Positions 1 through 10,934 are shown, counted from the stretch's first letter. The stretch is 64,000 nucleotides of DNA from Xanthobacteraceae bacterium (GCA_049517455.1 JBEKSB010000001.1:1528-65527), one strand, 5' to 3'. Translations and numbers: made by a program. The notes: generated by a model from the sequence alone, not told the origin.

Positions 1-1488
1 GAGCGCGCTACGCCGAGTGTCGCGCTGGCGGCCGCCAACGTCGTGCCATTTCGCCACGGCATTCCGCCCGAACCGGGAACCCCGAGCCTTAGTCCGGTAG
101 AACGCAAGGCGTTTCGCGAACTGGCCCAGGAACTGACCGCGCGCTTGCGCGGCGGGAGTGAGGTTTCTGCCGCCGCGAGTGGCTCCGGCGCGTTGCCGGC
201 TGACGAGCAATCCACTGCGTCTGAACTGGCCGAGGCTGCAGACGTCGCGCCCGGTCCCGAGGCGGCACTGGCCGCCGGCAACCGCGAAGAGGCCGCCGCC
301 GCGCACCAGCAAGTCATGCCCGCCTTCGAGCCGGCACTGCTCGACCGCCTTCCGCTCGGCGTCCTGATCTACCGGCACGACGCGTCGGAGGACGCGCTGC
401 TCTACGCCAATCGCCATTTCCTCGAACTCAGCGGCTATGAAAGCCTCGATGCGCTCGCTGCGGCGGGCGGTCTGGATAAGCTCTTCGCCGAACCCGGCGC
501 CGGCACGCTGGCCCAAAGCAGCGGCGCGCAATCGCTTTCGGTCATAAGCGGCGACGGCGTCCGCCGCCCGGTCGATGCTCGCCTGTTCACGATCCCGTGG
601 GCCGGGGCTTCCGCGCTCGCGCTGATCCTGACCAACGGTGAAGCCGAGGAGCGCCGGCGATCGGGCGCGCTCTCGCTCACGACCGCCCAGAACGAAATCC
701 GCGAGCTCAAGACGCACGTCGAATCCTTCAAAAAAACCGAGGCGGAGATGCGGGCTGCCGTGCGCGAAGCGCATAAAGCGGCGGCGGCAAAAGCCGACTT
801 CGTCAGCAAAGTCAGCCACGAAATTCGCACGCCGCTCAACACCATCACCGGTTTCGCCGAAGTGATCATCGCGGAGCGCTTCGGTCCGATCGGCAACGAG
901 CGCTACCGCGACTATCTGAAGGACATCCACGCCGCCGGCTTGCACCTCGTTTCGCTCTTGAACGACCTGCTTGATCTTTCCAAGATCGAAACCGGCCAGC
1001 TCGATCTTTCCTTCGCCAATGTCAGCCTCAACGACCTCACGCAGCAATGCGTCGGCATCATGCAGCCGCAGGCAAGCCATGCGCGCATCATCATCCGCAC
1101 CTCATTGACGCCGGGATTGCCGCAAGTTGTCGCCGACGAGCGTTCGCTGCGCCAGATCGTGCTCAATTTGCTGTCGAACTCGATCAAGTTCACCGGCCCG
1201 GGTGGTCAGGTCATCGTATCGACCGCATTTGCCGACAGCGGCGAGGCGGTGCTGCGCGTCCGCGACACCGGTGTCGGCATGAGCGAGAAAGACGTCGAGG
1301 CGGCGCTCGAACCGTTCCGTCAGACCGCGACGTCCGGAAGTTGGGGCTCTGGCGGGACCGGCCTCGGGTTGCCGCTGACCAAGGCGCTGGCGGAAGCCAA
1401 TCGCGCGCATTTCAGTATCAAAAGCGCGCCGAATGCCGGCACCCTGATCGAGGTCGCATTTCCGCCGACGCGCGTCGTCGCGCGATAG
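1..1488 (+). CDS. Sensor histidine kinase, C-terminal part (PAS-like region + HisKA + HATPase_c); 5' end probably lies outside the window
   Basis: Frame 1 is open from base 1, and the first in-window start is GTG at 43. H-box SKVSHEIRTPLNTITGF, N-box LLSNSIKFT, G-boxes RDTGVGM and GTGLGLPL. No receiver domain. Confidence 0.85.
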   Translation, partial: ERATPSVALAAANVVPFRHGIPPEPGTPSLSPVERKAFRELAQELTARLRGGSEVSAAASGSGALPADEQSTASELAEAADVAPGPEAALAAGNREEAAAAHQQVMPAFEPALLDRLPLGVLIYRHDASEDALLYANRHFLELSGYESLDALAAAGGLDKLFAEPGAGTLAQSSGAQSLSVISGDGVRRPVDARLFTIPWAGASALALILTNGEAEERRRSGALSLTTAQNEIRELKTHVESFKKTEAEMRAAVREAHKAAAAKADFVSKVSHEIRTPLNTITGFAEVIIAERFGPIGNERYRDYLKDIHAAGLHLVSLLNDLLDLSKIETGQLDLSFANVSLNDLTQQCVGIMQPQASHARIIIRTSLTPGLPQVVADERSLRQIVLNLLSNSIKFTGPGGQVIVSTAFADSGEAVLRVRDTGVGMSEKDVEAALEPFRQTATSGSWGSGGTGLGLPLTKALAEANRAHFSIKSAPNAGTLIEVAFPPTRVVAR

Positions 1489-1500
1489 CCGGGCTTTTCG

Positions 1501-2517
1501 TCACCCCACCCGGATGACGATTTTGCCGAAATGGGCGCCAGCGGCCATGTGCTGGTAGGCCGCCTGCACCTCGTCGAACCCAAACACTCGGTCGACCGCC
1601 GGCTTGATCTTGTTGGCGGCGATGGCGGCATTCATAGCCGCGAACATCTCCGTCGAGCCGACGTAAATGCCCTGAACGTTGGCGCGCTTGGAAAAGATCA
1701 ATCCCGGATTAAATTCGGTCGCGCCGCCGCTCAGGCCGCCGATCATACTGACTTTGCCGCCGTTGCGGATCGCGCCGAACGAGCGGGTCAGTGTGTTGGC
1801 GCCGCCGACCTCGATCACATGATCGACGCCACGTCCGCCGTTGAACGCCACCGCCGCTTTGTCCCATTCCGGCGTAGTTTTGTAGTTGATGCCACAGGCC
1901 GCGCCGAGCGCCTTGGCGCGCGCGAGCTTCTCGTCGCTCGACGAGGTGACGATGGTTGTAATTCCCATCGCATGCGCCAGTTGCAGCCCGAAGATCGAAA
2001 CGCCGCCGGTGCCTTGCAAGAGCACTGTTTGGCCGGCAATCAGTTTGGCATGCTGCATGATGGCGTTCCACGCCGTCACGCCGGCGCAGGGTAAAGTCGC
2101 GCCTTCTTCGAATGACAGATGCTCCGGGATTTTGACGAGGCCATCCTCTTCCAGCACGACGTATTCGGCGAGCATGCCGTCGATGGCGCCGCCCAGCGCC
2201 GAAGCGCCCGCTTCAGGGGTCATCTCGCCGCCCGGCCAGCGCTGGAAGAAACAGCCGGCCACCTTGTCACCGGTCTTGACGCGTGTGACGCCGGGGCCGG
2301 CTTCGACCACTTCGCCGGCCCCGTCGGAAAGCGGAATGAGATTTTCGCGCACCGGCATGCGGTAGGTACCGCGCACGATCCCGAGGTCGCGAAAATTGAG
2401 TGAACAGGCGGCGACCTTGACCAGCACCTGCCGATAAAGCGGCTTCGGCGTCGGCCGATCGACCGTGGCGAGCGCGTCAATGCCGGCGCCGCCTTTGGGT
2501 AGTTGATACGCGCGCAT
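1501..2517 (-). CDS. Zinc-type/MDR alcohol dehydrogenase family, NADPH:quinone oxidoreductase-like
   Basis: 338 aa. GroES-like N-terminus and Rossmann motif LLQGTGGVS. Convergent with the kinase across a 12-nt gap. Confidence 0.8.
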   Translation of the reverse strand: MRAYQLPKGGAGIDALATVDRPTPKPLYRQVLVKVAACSLNFRDLGIVRGTYRMPVRENLIPLSDGAGEVVEAGPGVTRVKTGDKVAGCFFQRWPGGEMTPEAGASALGGAIDGMLAEYVVLEEDGLVKIPEHLSFEEGATLPCAGVTAWNAIMQHAKLIAGQTVLLQGTGGVSIFGLQLAHAMGITTIVTSSSDEKLARAKALGAACGINYKTTPEWDKAAVAFNGGRGVDHVIEVGGANTLTRSFGAIRNGGKVSMIGGLSGGATEFNPGLIFSKRANVQGIYVGSTEMFAAMNAAIAANKIKPAVDRVFGFDEVQAAYQHMAAGAHFGKIVIRVG

Positions 2518-2544
2518 GCTTATGCTCCCGGGATTGAAACAGGT

Positions 2545-3423
2545 TTACTCGACGGGCGTCACGCTCACGGCCACGTCGATCCGCTGCCCACCCGAACCCA
2601 CGATCACGCCATCCAACGGCGCTACATCCGTATAGTCGCGTCCGATCGCCAGCACGATATGCTCGTCGGAAGCAAGGATTGCATTGGTCGGGTCGAGGCC
2701 GATCCAGCCTGCCTCCGCCCCGCACCATACCAGAACCCAGGCATGCATGGCGTCCGCGCCTTGCAATCGCGTCGTGTCGGGGTGCGGCGCGGAGCGCAAA
2801 TAACCGCTGACATAGGCGGCCGACAATCCGATACCGCGCAGCCCGGAAATCATGATGTGCGCGAAGTCCTGGCAGACACCGCGGCGCAGCGCAAACGACA
2901 TCGGCGGCGTGGTGGTGACGGTCGTAGCTCCGAACTCGTAGGTGATGTCGGCGTTCAGGCGACGCATCAGCTCGATGGCGGCATCGAGCACGGGCCGGCC
3001 GGGGGAAAAGCTCTCCCGCGCATAATCGCGGATCTCCGGATCGAGAGAGACCATGCGGCTTGGAAACAGGAAGTGCGCCGGCGACAGGGGACCTATATCG
3101 CGTGTCGCGAACGCCACATCGCGTACCGTTTCCCAGGCAGGTGTCGTCAGCGCGGCAGGATCGGCCACTGCGTCAACGGTCACGCGGGCCGCCAGTTTGA
3201 CCGTGAGTGTCCTGTGCGGCTCTTCGATTTCCATCCACGTCAGGCGGTTGCCGAAGAAATCCTGTCCTTCGCGCCGATGCACCGGCTCGGGCATGATCTG
3301 CAAGGCCGCGACGTGAACCCGCTGGCCGGTGCGATGGATCGGCACCAGGCGCAGCACGTGACGCGCATGCGCCACCGGCGACGCGTAGGCGCAGGTCGTC
3401 GTCTGCCGGACATCGTAGATCAC
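2545..3423 (-). CDS. Transglutaminase-like cysteine protease family protein (Bact_transglu_N + transglutaminase core)
   Basis: Cys motif RRGVCQDFAH and His/Asp motif DAMHAWVLVW..GWIGLDPTN. I prefer the GTG start at 3423, which overlaps the upstream stop as GTGA. The longer 448-aa ORF would overlap the upstream gene by about 470 nt. Confidence 0.8.
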   Translation of the reverse strand: MIYDVRQTTTCAYASPVAHARHVLRLVPIHRTGQRVHVAALQIMPEPVHRREGQDFFGNRLTWMEIEEPHRTLTVKLAARVTVDAVADPAALTTPAWETVRDVAFATRDIGPLSPAHFLFPSRMVSLDPEIRDYARESFSPGRPVLDAAIELMRRLNADITYEFGATTVTTTPPMSFALRRGVCQDFAHIMISGLRGIGLSAAYVSGYLRSAPHPDTTRLQGADAMHAWVLVWCGAEAGWIGLDPTNAILASDEHIVLAIGRDYTDVAPLDGVIVGSGGQRIDVAVSVTPVE

Positions 3424-5921
3424 GCCAGCGCCTCCCACGCGGATTCGGAGCGTTCGTTGTTGGTGAGATAGGACGCGGTAATCGCATCCGAGAGTTTCAT
3501 GAGCGATTGCTCGGTGTCGATGATGAGCGCCTCGTCGATCGCGGCCGCTTCGACAGTGCGCAGCCGCGTCGCGATCGAGACGGCGATTTGCTGCGCGGGC
3601 GACAGCCGCCCGGTGGCATTGCGTCCCGGCAACGCGGAAAGATGCGCCTCGATGCGGTCGAGCTGAAACGCCACCGACCGCGGATTGCTCGGATCGAGCA
3701 TGACGAGGTCGATGACCGGCGCGCGTGCTGCAACCATCACGTAGCGCTGCCGATAGGTGATCTGGCTGTCGGCGAATTCGAGGAGCAGCTCGAGGCCGCC
3801 CTCGGGCGCGCCGGCCGTCGCGAAACAGCGCACCAACCGGGCGGTCGCGATCGCCCGCTCGATGCGGCGGCCAAGTTCGAGGAAGCGCCAACCGGCGAGT
3901 TGCGTCATGTTTTCCTGCGCCAGACCCGAAAGCGACGAGATGATCCGCAGTGCCGCTTCGACGCGCTCGATGATGACGCTTTCCGCGGGACCGACGGTAA
4001 GTGGCATGGCGATCATCGTGGCGAGATCATTGATCGCCCGCCAGGCGTCCGGCGAGAAGCGATCGCGGATGACCGAGGCCGCCGACCGGGCGGCGCCGGC
4101 GAGATGGGGGAGGGACCCCGGCATGTCGGCGCGCGCAAGGACCGCGCGCGCAGTGAATACGGCCGGCGCGCCGCCGGTTTCGTCCGGCACCGCGGCCCAG
4201 ACTTCGAGCAATGAACGGATGCCGGCAATGACGGGTGCTGCCGTCTCGTCGGCCTCGGCGGCGCGGTTGATCATGGCGCGCACGAGCCGCAGCGTCGCTT
4301 CCGCGCGCTCGACGTAGCGTCCAACCCAGAACAGATTGCCGGCGGCGCGGCTCGGCAACAGGCCGATGGCACGCTGGACCACAATCCGCTCCGGCGCCGG
4401 AAGGAGGGTCGCCTCGCCGACCGGGCCGTGCGCAAGCACCCAGGCGTCGGCGGTCGCCGCCCCGCGCTGCAAGCTCACGGCGCGCGCGTCGGCATTGTCG
4501 GCGATACGCACAAAGCCACCGGGCATCACCCGCCATCGCTCGCCGACCTTGGCGAGGAACAGCCGCAAGGTGAAAGGCCGGGGCTGCAAGCGCCCGTCGC
4601 GCCAGACCGGCATGCTCGACAGCGTCACCGCCTCTTGCGCCACATAGTCGACGCCGCGATCGCGGATCGACAGGATGAGTGACTCACGCTGCGCGTCATC
4701 GAGCTTCGCGCCCAAAACTTCGCTGGCGCTGCGTCCATCGACCGGCGACTCGAAGGCCGACGCGATGACGATGCCATCGAGCTTTTCAATCATCTCTTCG
4801 CGCATATCGGCGCGGCCGAGCCACCAGGTCGCGACGTTCTGCACCGCGAGACCGGCGCCGAGCACGATCGGCGCCAGCGCCGGCAGGAATGCCAACATCG
4901 CGCGCGCCTCGACCAAGCCGGCGCCGAGGGAATTGATGATGACGACCTTGCCGTCGCGCACGGCTTGCAAGAGTCCCGGTGCGCCGAGGCGAGAAGCGGC
5001 GTTGAGCTCGAGCGGATCGGCGAAGTCGGCGTCGATCCGGCGCAGCAGCACTTCGGTGCGCTGCAAGCCGGAGACGGTGCGGACGAAGACGCCATCGTCG
5101 CGCACGCTCAAGTCCTCGCCTTCGACCAGGAGAAGCCCGAGATAGCGCGCGAGATAGGCGTGCTCGAAATAGGTCTCGCTCATCGGGCCCGGCGTGAGCA
5201 GACAAATGTGGGCGTCGTCCTGGCGACTGAGCGCGGAGAGCTCGGCCTGGAAGGCCTGGAAGAATGGCGCGACGCGTTCGACCCGCGTGGTGCGATAGAT
5301 GTCGGGTATCGCCCGGGACAGCGCGAGCCGGTTCTCGATGGCGTAGCCGGCGCCCGAGGGCGCCTGGGTGCGGTCGCCGAGCACCCACCATCGGCCGTCG
5401 GCGCCGCGTCCGACATCGACCGCGTAAAAGCGCAGATGCGCGCCACCGGGCGGAGCAACCCCGACCATCGGCCGTAAGAATTCCGGATTGCCCGCGATCA
5501 ATGCAGCGGGCAGGCGGCCGTCGCGGCTCAACAACGACGGCCCATAGGCATCGGCGAGCACCGCTTCGAGCAGCTCGGCGCGCTGTATGAGGCCAGCTTC
5601 TAAATGTTTCCATTCGGAAGGCTCGACGATCAGCGGCACATGGCTGAGCGGCCACGGGCGTTCGATGCCGGTTGCATCCTCGTAGACGCGATAGAACACT
5701 CCGGAACCGCGCAGATAGCGATCGGCGGCGGCGAAGCGGCGATTGATCTCTTCAGCGCCGAGGGCCGCCAGCATTGCGAGGAACGGCTGCCAGTGCGCGC
5801 GCACGCGGCCATCCCCATCCATCATCTCGTCGAAAATGCCAGGGAGCGGCCGGTAACCTCCGACGAACCGATCGAGACTTGCGCGCTCTTGTTCGACAGC
5901 GGTGTCGAGTTGGGCTGGCAT
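3420..5921 (-). CDS. Fusion of a circularly permuted type-2 ATP-grasp domain (N-terminal ~500 aa) and an alpha-E domain (C-terminal ~320 aa)
   Basis: 833 aa. The C-terminal half opens with the typical alpha-E signature LLPSRAAGNLFWVGRYVERAEATLRL. The N-terminal half resembles COG2308-type proteins. Gene order matches the known conserved neighbourhood. Confidence 0.8.
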   Translation of the reverse strand: MPAQLDTAVEQERASLDRFVGGYRPLPGIFDEMMDGDGRVRAHWQPFLAMLAALGAEEINRRFAAADRYLRGSGVFYRVYEDATGIERPWPLSHVPLIVEPSEWKHLEAGLIQRAELLEAVLADAYGPSLLSRDGRLPAALIAGNPEFLRPMVGVAPPGGAHLRFYAVDVGRGADGRWWVLGDRTQAPSGAGYAIENRLALSRAIPDIYRTTRVERVAPFFQAFQAELSALSRQDDAHICLLTPGPMSETYFEHAYLARYLGLLLVEGEDLSVRDDGVFVRTVSGLQRTEVLLRRIDADFADPLELNAASRLGAPGLLQAVRDGKVVIINSLGAGLVEARAMLAFLPALAPIVLGAGLAVQNVATWWLGRADMREEMIEKLDGIVIASAFESPVDGRSASEVLGAKLDDAQRESLILSIRDRGVDYVAQEAVTLSSMPVWRDGRLQPRPFTLRLFLAKVGERWRVMPGGFVRIADNADARAVSLQRGAATADAWVLAHGPVGEATLLPAPERIVVQRAIGLLPSRAAGNLFWVGRYVERAEATLRLVRAMINRAAEADETAAPVIAGIRSLLEVWAAVPDETGGAPAVFTARAVLARADMPGSLPHLAGAARSAASVIRDRFSPDAWRAINDLATMIAMPLTVGPAESVIIERVEAALRIISSLSGLAQENMTQLAGWRFLELGRRIERAIATARLVRCFATAGAPEGGLELLLEFADSQITYRQRYVMVAARAPVIDLVMLDPSNPRSVAFQLDRIEAHLSALPGRNATGRLSPAQQIAVSIATRLRTVEAAAIDEALIIDTEQSLMKLSDAITASYLTNNERSESAWEALA

Positions 5922-5933
5922 GGTGGATTGTTG

Positions 5934-8900
5934 TTAGTTCGTGCGCCGCAGATCGAGCGTGGTCGGATATTCGAGGGTGACTTCGAGCGGCGGCGTATCG
6001 ATCAGCCCGCCGGTATGGCCGTGATCCTGGAAGCGCGCGCGGCGGCGTGCTTCCGCCTCGTAAGAGTTGACTGGAAAAGTCTCGTAGTTGCGTCCACCGG
6101 GATGCGCGACGTGATAGACGCAGCCGCCCAGCGAGCGCCGATTCCAGCTGTCGACGATGTCGAAGGTCAGCGGTGCGTGGACGCCGACGGTCGGATGCAG
6201 CCCCGACGTCAAATTCCAAGCCTTGAACCGCACGCCGGCGACGAATTCGCCGGAGCGGCCCGTGGACGTCAGCGGAACACGCCGGCCGTTGCAGCTGACG
6301 ACGTGACGGCCTTCGTTCAAGCCTTCGACCTTCACTTGCAGCCGCTCAACCGAAGAATCGACGAGCCGCACGGTGGCACCGGCAACGCCCTCTTCGCCCA
6401 GCACATACCAGGGCTCGATCGCCTGCCGCAGTTCAAGCCGCACGCCGCCATGCTCCACCGCGCCGCAAAACGGGAAACGGAATTGCCGCTGCGCTTCGAA
6501 CCAGGCCGGATCGAAGGCGTAACCGGCGCGCTCAAGATCGTCCAGGACTTCGAGGAAATCGTTCCAGACGAAATGTTCGAGCATGTAACGGTCGTGCAAA
6601 GCCGTGCCCCAACGCACCGGCTTGCCGTCCAGCGGCGCGCGCCAGAACCAGGCGATGAGCGCGCGCAGCAGCAATTGCTGTGCAAGACTCATGCGCGCAT
6701 CCGGCGGCATCTCGAACGAACGGAATTCGACGAGTCCGAGCCGACCGGTTTGGCTATCCGGCGAAAATAATTTGTCGATGCAGAGCTCGGTGCGGTGAGT
6801 ATTGCCGGTCACGTCGACCAGAATGTTGCGGAACAGCCGATCGACGAGCCATGGCGGCGGGACGGTCGCGCTACCGCCCGGCGGCGGTACGTTGCGGAGC
6901 GCGATTTCGAGCTCATAGAGCATGTCCTGCCGGGCTTCATCGATGCGTGGCGCCTGGCTGGTCGGTCCGATGAACAATCCGGAAAAGAAATATGAGAGCG
7001 AAGGCCGGCGCAGCCAATAAAGCACAAGGCTTTTGAGCAGATCGGGCCGGCGCAGGAACGGGCTGTCGGCCGCGTTGCGGCCGCCAAGCACGACGTGGTT
7101 GCCGCCGCCCGTTCCGCTGTGCCGGCCGTCGATCATGAATTTGTCGGTGCCGAGCCGCGAGAGATGCGCCTCCTCGTAAAGGTCGCGCGTGATCGTTACC
7201 GCTTCGTGCCAGGATCCCGCCGGATGGATATTGACCTCGATGACGCCGGGGTCCGGCGTTACCTTGATGACGCTAAGGCGCGGGTCGGGCGGCGGCTCAT
7301 AGCCTTCGACATGCACTGGCAGACCGAGCTCGGCTGCCGTCGTCTCGATCACGGCGAGCAATTCGAGATAGTCGGCGAGCGTTTCGACCGGCGGCATGAA
7401 GACGCACAAGCGTCCGTCACGCACTTCGACAGTCAGAGCCGTGCGCACTGGCATACCGGCGTCGCCGTTGGTGGCCCCGCCGGGCGCGCGCTGCATCACC
7501 AATGCCTCGGGCGCAAGCGGCGGCGATGCCTCTTCGCCGCTCGAAGCACGGAAGGCGTGAGTCCCGATCGGATGCGTGATGCGCGGATCGGGCAAAGGCT
7601 GCCGTTCGGCGAACGGGTCGGCCGGTACGAGGTGCGGATAATCGACGGGAGCGATCTCGGGCAACGATTGCAGCGGTAGCCGGAAGCCGAGCGGCGAATC
7701 TCCTGGCATTAGAAAGAGCCGGCCGCGGCGCGTTCGCCAAAGCTCACTCAACCATCCCGGTTTCGCCTGCGCAGTCCAACGTTGCACCGGCAGCACGAAG
7801 CCCGCCGGCTGGCTGAGATGGCTGTCAAACAGGCTGAGGATGCGCGCACGCTCACGCGGATCGTCGATCTTGGGATCGCTTGGATCGACATTCTCCGGAA
7901 TCAATCCTTGCTTGAGCATCCGATCGGTCGGGTCCTCATAAGCGGGCTGCACGTAATCCGCCATGATTCCAAGGCGCGCGGCAATCCCTTCGGCAAGACG
8001 CTGTGAATCGCCGGTTGTCGGATTGTGGTCGGCGGCCTCGCGCGCGATCAGGCCCTCATCGCGCCAGATCGGAACGCCGTCGCGGCGCCAGTACAGCGAG
8101 AAGGCCCAGCGCGGAAGCGGCTCGCCGGGATACCATTTGCCCTGGCCGTAATGCAGGAGTCCGCCCGGCGCGAAGCGGTTGCGTAGCCGCCGTATCAGAT
8201 CATCGGCGCGCACGCGCTTCATCGGACCGACTGCGGCGGTATTCCATTCGGCCGACTGATAGTCGTCGACCGATACGAAGGTCGGCTCGCCGCCCATGGT
8301 CAGACGCACGTCGTTTGCCACGAGATCGGCGTCGACTTTTTGACCGAGCGCGTCGAGCGCGGCCCAGGCTTCATCGGAAAACGGTGCGGTCACGCGCGGA
8401 TGTTCGGCGATCCGCTTGATGGTCATGTCGAACGAGAAGGTCACGTCGCTCGGTTCGACCAGGCCGGAGATCGGTGCAGCCGAGCGGTAGTGCGGCGTCG
8501 CAGCCACCGGCAAATGGCCTTCGCCACACAGCAGTCCCGACGTGGGGTCGAAGCCGATCCAGCCCGCGCCCGGGAGGTAGATCTCGGTCCAGGCGTGCAG
8601 GTCGGTGAAGTCGCGCTCGGCGCCTGCGGCGCCTTCGAGCGGTTTGATGTCCGGCTTAAGCTGGATGAGATAGCCGGAAACAAAGCGCGCCGGCAAACCG
8701 ATGTGGCGCAGCAGCTGCACCAGCAACCATGCCGTATCGCGGCAGGAGCCCGCGCCGGACGTGAGTGTTTCCTCGGGCGTCTGTACGCCCGGGTCCATGC
8801 GGATGAGATAGCGGATCAGCCCCTGGAGGCGCTGATTGAGCTCGACCAGAAAATCAACGGTGTTGCGCTCCTTGCGCGGAATCGATCCGATCAGCTCCTT

Positions 8901-9281
8901 CAGTCGCGGGCCCGCCGGCTCCGGCTCGACGAAGGCAGAGAGGTCCTCACGCAGCTCGGGCGGAAAAACAAACGGCCACTTTTCCGCATATGGTTCGACA
9001 AAAAAGTCGAAAGGATTGATCACCTCCATGTCGGCGATCAGATCTACCGTCACGGAAAATTCTTTGGTCTTTTCCGGGAAGACGAAACGCGCCTGCCAGT
9101 TGCCGTGCGGATCCTGCTGCCAGTTCACGAAGTGCTGGGCGGGTTTCACCGTAAGCGAATAGCTCGGAATGCGGGTACGGCAATGCGGCGCCGGCCGCAG
9201 CCGCACGATTTGCGGCCCAAGGCCGACCGGGTGGTCATAGTCGTAGCGGGTCGCGTGATGGATCCCGACAAGGATGGACAT
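5934..9281 (-). CDS. Large transglutaminase-family protein with C-terminal DUF2126 region
   Basis: The internal ATG at 9281 gives [19 protein letters not shown] (Bact_transglu_N). Core motifs [17 protein letters not shown] and [21 protein letters not shown], followed by ~750 aa typical of DUF2126 proteins. Confidence 0.8.
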   Translation of the reverse strand: MSILVGIHHATRYDYDHPVGLGPQIVRLRPAPHCRTRIPSYSLTVKPAQHFVNWQQDPHGNWQARFVFPEKTKEFSVTVDLIADMEVINPFDFFVEPYAEKWPFVFPPELREDLSAFVEPEPAGPRLKELIGSIPRKERNTVDFLVELNQRLQGLIRYLIRMDPGVQTPEETLTSGAGSCRDTAWLLVQLLRHIGLPARFVSGYLIQLKPDIKPLEGAAGAERDFTDLHAWTEIYLPGAGWIGFDPTSGLLCGEGHLPVAATPHYRSAAPISGLVEPSDVTFSFDMTIKRIAEHPRVTAPFSDEAWAALDALGQKVDADLVANDVRLTMGGEPTFVSVDDYQSAEWNTAAVGPMKRVRADDLIRRLRNRFAPGGLLHYGQGKWYPGEPLPRWAFSLYWRRDGVPIWRDEGLIAREAADHNPTTGDSQRLAEGIAARLGIMADYVQPAYEDPTDRMLKQGLIPENVDPSDPKIDDPRERARILSLFDSHLSQPAGFVLPVQRWTAQAKPGWLSELWRTRRGRLFLMPGDSPLGFRLPLQSLPEIAPVDYPHLVPADPFAERQPLPDPRITHPIGTHAFRASSGEEASPPLAPEALVMQRAPGGATNGDAGMPVRTALTVEVRDGRLCVFMPPVETLADYLELLAVIETTAAELGLPVHVEGYEPPPDPRLSVIKVTPDPGVIEVNIHPAGSWHEAVTITRDLYEEAHLSRLGTDKFMIDGRHSGTGGGNHVVLGGRNAADSPFLRRPDLLKSLVLYWLRRPSLSYFFSGLFIGPTSQAPRIDEARQDMLYELEIALRNVPPPGGSATVPPPWLVDRLFRNILVDVTGNTHRTELCIDKLFSPDSQTGRLGLVEFRSFEMPPDARMSLAQQLLLRALIAWFWRAPLDGKPVRWGTALHDRYMLEHFVWNDFLEVLDDLERAGYAFDPAWFEAQRQFRFPFCGAVEHGGVRLELRQAIEPWYVLGEEGVAGATVRLVDSSVERLQVKVEGLNEGRHVVSCNGRRVPLTSTGRSGEFVAGVRFKAWNLTSGLHPTVGVHAPLTFDIVDSWNRRSLGGCVYHVAHPGGRNYETFPVNSYEAEARRRARFQDHGHTGGLIDTPPLEVTLEYPTTLDLRRTN

Positions 9282-9320
9282 GCTGTTACGCGGTACCGAC
9301 CGATTTTTGCCTAAGACGCC

Positions 9321-9372
9321 GCAATTTCCATGCAATTTCCGGGCCGCCGTCAATCGCTTTGCAATCGCTTTG
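9321..9372. repeat. Two pairs of short direct repeats in the promoter region of the transglutaminase operon
   Basis: gcaatttcc at 9321-9329 and 9332-9340. Perfect tandem 11-mer caatcgctttg at 9351-9361 and 9362-9372. Confidence 0.85.
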
Positions 9373-9602
9373 TTCTTGTGGCGATCAACCTAGCATGTTC
9401 CGCCGGCGGGCATAAAAAGGCGGCGCGGTACCCCCGTAGCCGCGCCGCCACCCGCGGCACGCCCGACGTATCGAGCCTTGCCCCGAGCGTGGTCCATTGG
9501 CGCGATGCGAACGTGCGCCGCCTTGATCTCGATCAACTCGCCGCACCGAGGTCGGCCGCCGCTTCCGCGATGTGGCTTTGATCGGGCCGTGACCGAACGC
9601 GA

Positions 9603-10934
9603 TCACTCGCTGATCATGCCGCGAACGACATGACCGGTCTCCGGACCGCCAGCCGGCACCGCGCTGATTGGAAGCCCGTGCCGTTTGTCGCCGAGATGCA
9701 AGAACGGGACGAGCACGAACGCAAAGGCGGTGAAGCCCGCTGACACCAGAATGAGCGGCGCGAGCCTGTTGTGAAACAGATGCTCGAACAGGAATGATCC
9801 GACGATGTCGGCGGATGCGGTCGCAAGATTGATGAGAGACATCATCACCGCAAAGCTGAAACCCTCGGATCGGCGTGGGCAGTAATCGGCGGCGAGCGTG
9901 ACCGTCGCCACGGTCGCGAGCATGGCGGAAAAGCCGCTGCAAAAGCTCAAGATCGCCGCCGAGGCTTCGTTGGAGAGCAATAGGTACGCCGCCGTGGTCA
10001 CGGTGCCGAGGGCAATGCTCAGGTTAAGGAGGCGCCTGGAGGACACGTCGTCGAACAGCCGCCGATAAAGCAGCGCGCCGACGATCCACCCGGCCGATGC
10101 GATCGATCCCAGAATGCCGATGTAGCTCTGCGAGAATTTAAACTTGTCGGTCATGGTGTAATAGAGCGGCGTGCTCAAGCCGGGACTGAAGTAATAGAGA
10201 AAGAGAAAAATTCCGACGATCCACAACTCACGCTTTTTGAACGCGGCCACGAGGCCGTCGAGAGTGCCGCGGAACGCTGGCGCATCGATACGCGTCTTCT
10301 TCTCTGGGATCAAAAACACTGTGCCGAACAGGACCGCTGCGGGCGCCACGGCGACGATGGAAGCGGCGACGTGGAGCGCCGAGGTCGGTGACAGCCGCTG
10401 CGCGAGCTGTCCGCCCAAGATCGCGGACGCCATCGCGGCGGCGTTGAACCACAGCCATTGTTGATTGACGAATCTTCCGCTCTCGCCGAGCCTTTGTCCG
10501 TTCTCGACCAGCACAGCTCCGCAAACGGTGCTCGATATGGCCATGGCATAGGCCGTAAGCTGCAGCGCCCATACAAGCTGGCTCGGCGCAGTGAGTTGCG
10601 TGCTCCAAAGGTAGGCGCCGGCCGCGACAAGATTGGCGGCAACGAGATAACTTTTACGCCGATACCCAAACAGTGGCACCAAATCGGACACCACGCCGTA
10701 GATCGGCTTGACGATCCAGGGCAGATTGAAAATCGCGAGGTAGGCGGTGACTTGCAGGGCAGTCCAGCCGTGCTCCTGTTTCAGATAATAACTGAGGGGC
10801 TGTGCGATCAGCCCGCTAATCTGTCCGACGCCTTCGACGACATAGACCAGCGCAAAAAACAGCATCAGGCGGCTGATCGCCGCCCGATCGTGTATCGGAG
10901 CATCGGCGTGCGGCGGCGAACGCTCATTACTCAT
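9603..10934 (-). CDS. MFS transporter (folate-biopterin/BT1-like)
   Basis: 443 aa with about 12 hydrophobic segments. Overall resemblance to BT1-family MFS proteins. Confidence 0.7.
   Translation of the reverse strand: MSNERSPPHADAPIHDRAAISRLMLFFALVYVVEGVGQISGLIAQPLSYYLKQEHGWTALQVTAYLAIFNLPWIVKPIYGVVSDLVPLFGYRRKSYLVAANLVAAGAYLWSTQLTAPSQLVWALQLTAYAMAISSTVCGAVLVENGQRLGESGRFVNQQWLWFNAAAMASAILGGQLAQRLSPTSALHVAASIVAVAPAAVLFGTVFLIPEKKTRIDAPAFRGTLDGLVAAFKKRELWIVGIFLFLYYFSPGLSTPLYYTMTDKFKFSQSYIGILGSIASAGWIVGALLYRRLFDDVSSRRLLNLSIALGTVTTAAYLLLSNEASAAILSFCSGFSAMLATVATVTLAADYCPRRSEGFSFAVMMSLINLATASADIVGSFLFEHLFHNRLAPLILVSAGFTAFAFVLVPFLHLGDKRHGLPISAVPAGGPETGHVVRGMISE

Noticed and set aside
2545-3891. The 448-aa version of the small transglutaminase ORF.
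   Set aside because: The first 156 codons overlap the alpha-E coding region and translate to low-complexity Arg-rich sequence. A GTG at 3423 overlapping the upstream stop gives the family-typical N-terminus.
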